A stretch of 64,000 bases of DNA from Sphaerodactylus townsendi (lineage: Eukaryota). How positions within the stretch are numbered: the first letter of the stretch is position 1; the number at the start of each line of letters is the position of its first letter. Below, in pieces: positions 61,533-64,000 of this stretch. The position numbers and the translations under genes were made by a program. Below the pieces are notes generated by a model. It made no database searches and had not been told where the DNA came from. It worked only from the letters and a program-made list of their open reading frames with translations. The stretch spans positions 44,020,001 through 44,084,000 of the forward strand of contig NC_059430.1 in NCBI RefSeq assembly GCF_021028975.2, written 5' to 3'.

Positions 61533-63948
61533 GAGCATGTGCTCCATCACTATAGAAGTGATTGTTAATAAACGGTTTAAAACTCTAATCAAATTCATTC
61601 TCCCATCTCATTCAGGCCTCTTGCAGTCTACAGAGATGCTTAAGAGTATGACTCAACCAGTCCCTTGTTATGGTTCATTTGGGTTATCTGACTGTAGGCC
61701 ACCACACCTGGATTTTAAGGATTTAGTTCACAGGGTGATAAAGCCACCAGCAAACAGGCAAGCTGACATTCTGCTGCTATGTTACATTAGGGATTTCACC
61801 CAAGAGTTCATTTAAGTATTCATCAATAAAGAGTGAATTATGGAGTGCTTCTCCACTTTTTCTCTGCTTATTTATAGCAAGGCTGGAATGAAAGAACTGG
61901 CGTTCAGCCTTGTTGAATCTCCCACTTTCCTGTCTCCTACTCAGCATATTCAACAGAAAGGTACAACGCTGACTTTCGACTGCCTCTGACAAACCCAGGA
62001 ACTGATTGTCCAGGAACTGGCACTTTTGTCTTTTCTACCTTCTACTGGCACACCTGAATTTCCTTGCAAATATGAGGCAGGACAGAAAGTTCACAAGTTG
62101 TGCAGGACAGATAGCAGGGAAATGTTTACCAAGGTAAAATATCCAGTTCTTCTCACACATAGCAAGGTCAGTTTGGCTACATACCAAGACTGTGGCTGTT
62201 TGTGAGAGAGAAGCTGGGAGAAGAGGGGAAAACAAAGAAGGTCGGAGGGATCCTTGTGCCAAAAGCCATGAGTCAAACGATACACATGCAGTGAGGCAGG
62301 TGGGATTGAGGAAACCAGTGCCCACATGGTTGGCACTAACATCCTGTGTGTCTTGCAGGGTGCTGACGGACAGAACATTTATTTCATTTTATATTCTGTG
62401 TCAATATGAGCTCACCGGCTGCCACTTTCCCACTGTCTGAGAAGTACTCAGCTGGACGGGCATGCAAAGTTGTACCCTGCTGTTTCTCCACTAATATCCT
62501 CCATATTAATGTTCTCAAACGCTTGGTACCAACATTTCAAATTTCAGATTTTAGACTTGGGATTTTAATGACTTTTGCTCAACCCTTCAATCTTTTAGAA
62601 AACAGAACAAAATTTGTCTTCCCGGGAGCAAATGTTTTTGGCCTTTATTTATGCAGAGATTTTCATAGTAATATAGAGTTTGATCACTTTTATTTGTAAT
62701 TGTTTTCGATGGGGTTTCTTGAGTCAAAGTTCTTGAGTCACTAGGTAAAACAGAAAGGTCAGTGACAATCTTAATAACTATTGGCTCAGACCATAGTTAA
62801 AGGGGGCTGTGGAAAGAGAAGGCAATAGACAGAAACTGAAAGTTCCCTCTACACTTAGCACCTTGGGGTCACTTCACACATTCCATTTATATATGTACAC
62901 ATAATAAATTTCACATGTCCCTCTAATATTAAGCACTTAGATACTGACCAATCAAAACCTGAATTGAAAATACTCTAGTCCTTAATATCATGATGATAAC
63001 TAACCATACTGAATAAAGAACCATGCACATGTCCATTTTTTGTGGCACTGAACAATCTGGTTGGAGTACAAGAAGGTCCAAACAAAAAGTGGAGATATTG
63101 AAGAGACAATGACTGAGTAGATACATAATGAATAGGAATGTTTGCCAGTTAACATATTGGACGCATTAATATCAAGTAAGATAATACCAAAGTAGTGTTT
63201 ACACTGGTCCCATTGCTTGCTCGTGGGGGTGGGGGTGGGGGTGAGGGTGAGCTTTTTTGGTTCTATATAAACAGAAGTGAATCTTGTTTTACTTGTATGT
63301 GCTGGCATTCAAGCAGACTGGGCTGCAGACTGGGTGAGATGGAGGCAAATGCAACACTCCACTCTATTTGCAGTGGCAGCAGTACTACTGGGCAAACAGA
63401 GGCAAATGTTTTGCCTCCATATGCAGACAGGCAGCACTACAGATTGGGGTAGATGAAAGCAAAAGCAACACTCCCATCCATCCAAATCCAGCCAGTATCT
63501 GTTGTGCCGTGAGTGCTTCCTGCCAATAACACAAGGCAGGAACAATTAACAGCACCCAAACCACAGAAATTGTGGGAGAGCTAAAGATGTAGCTAGATCT
63601 AGGATCTCTCAAAGCCATTACAATTAAAAAATGAAAGAGAGTTTGACTTGGAGGAGTTAAACCTTTCCTCTCATTCTTTCCCCAGCAAAGGCGTAGCTCC
63701 AATGGAGCGGGGGTGGGGATGCAACACACTGGGCATGCCCCCTGTGGAGGCGTGGCGGGCGGGGGCAGAGGACGCACCAGTGCACTGGGCGCTTTCCCCC
63801 TTACTATGCCTCTGTTCCCCAGTAAAAATAATGATGCTTTCTCTAATGGGCTTGACATTTGCAAGAGAGGATCCTTGGGTGAGGGGTACAAGCATTTCAC
63901 TCCAGCGGAATGATAAATCCCTTCGGGGATAGGGCAGTATATAAATAT

Positions 63949-63949
63949 G

Positions 63950-63999
<50 letters not shown>
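63949..63999. repeat. (GACA)n microsatellite
   Basis: Directly visible. Confidence 0.97.

Positions 64000-64000
<1 letters not shown>

Noticed and set aside
48000-63999. ERP27 exons expected from synteny
   Set aside because: I found no thioredoxin-like or ERP27 peptide. The gene probably lies beyond the window.

Overview
This is vertebrate genomic DNA. The repeat content (Sauria-type and 5S-derived SINEs, CR1, Penelope, hAT and Harbinger MITEs) points to a squamate, probably a gecko. The window is syntenic with the human 12p12-13 block WBP11 - C12orf60/SMCO3 - (ART4) - MGP. It holds the 5' end of WBP11 (minus) on a bidirectional CpG-island promoter and single-coding-exon C12orf60 (plus). SMCO3 (minus) lies between them and carries one +1 frameshift at TTT-TGA-C. 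Further along are the last two exons of an osteocalcin-like Gla gene (OC3 type, minus), a large unidentified multi-exon pseudogene broken up by transposons (minus, about 26.6-32.1 kb) and a complete four-exon MGP gene (minus). I could not find ART4 or ERP27 coding exons. The main finding is that C12orf60 and SMCO3 align without gaps over 87 residues, so they look like an inverted paralogue pair; one has a Gly-rich hydrophobic hairpin and the other lacks it, which raises the hypothesis of a two-component membrane or pore-forming system. Gene names come from my recall of the protein sequences and synteny; no searches were run.
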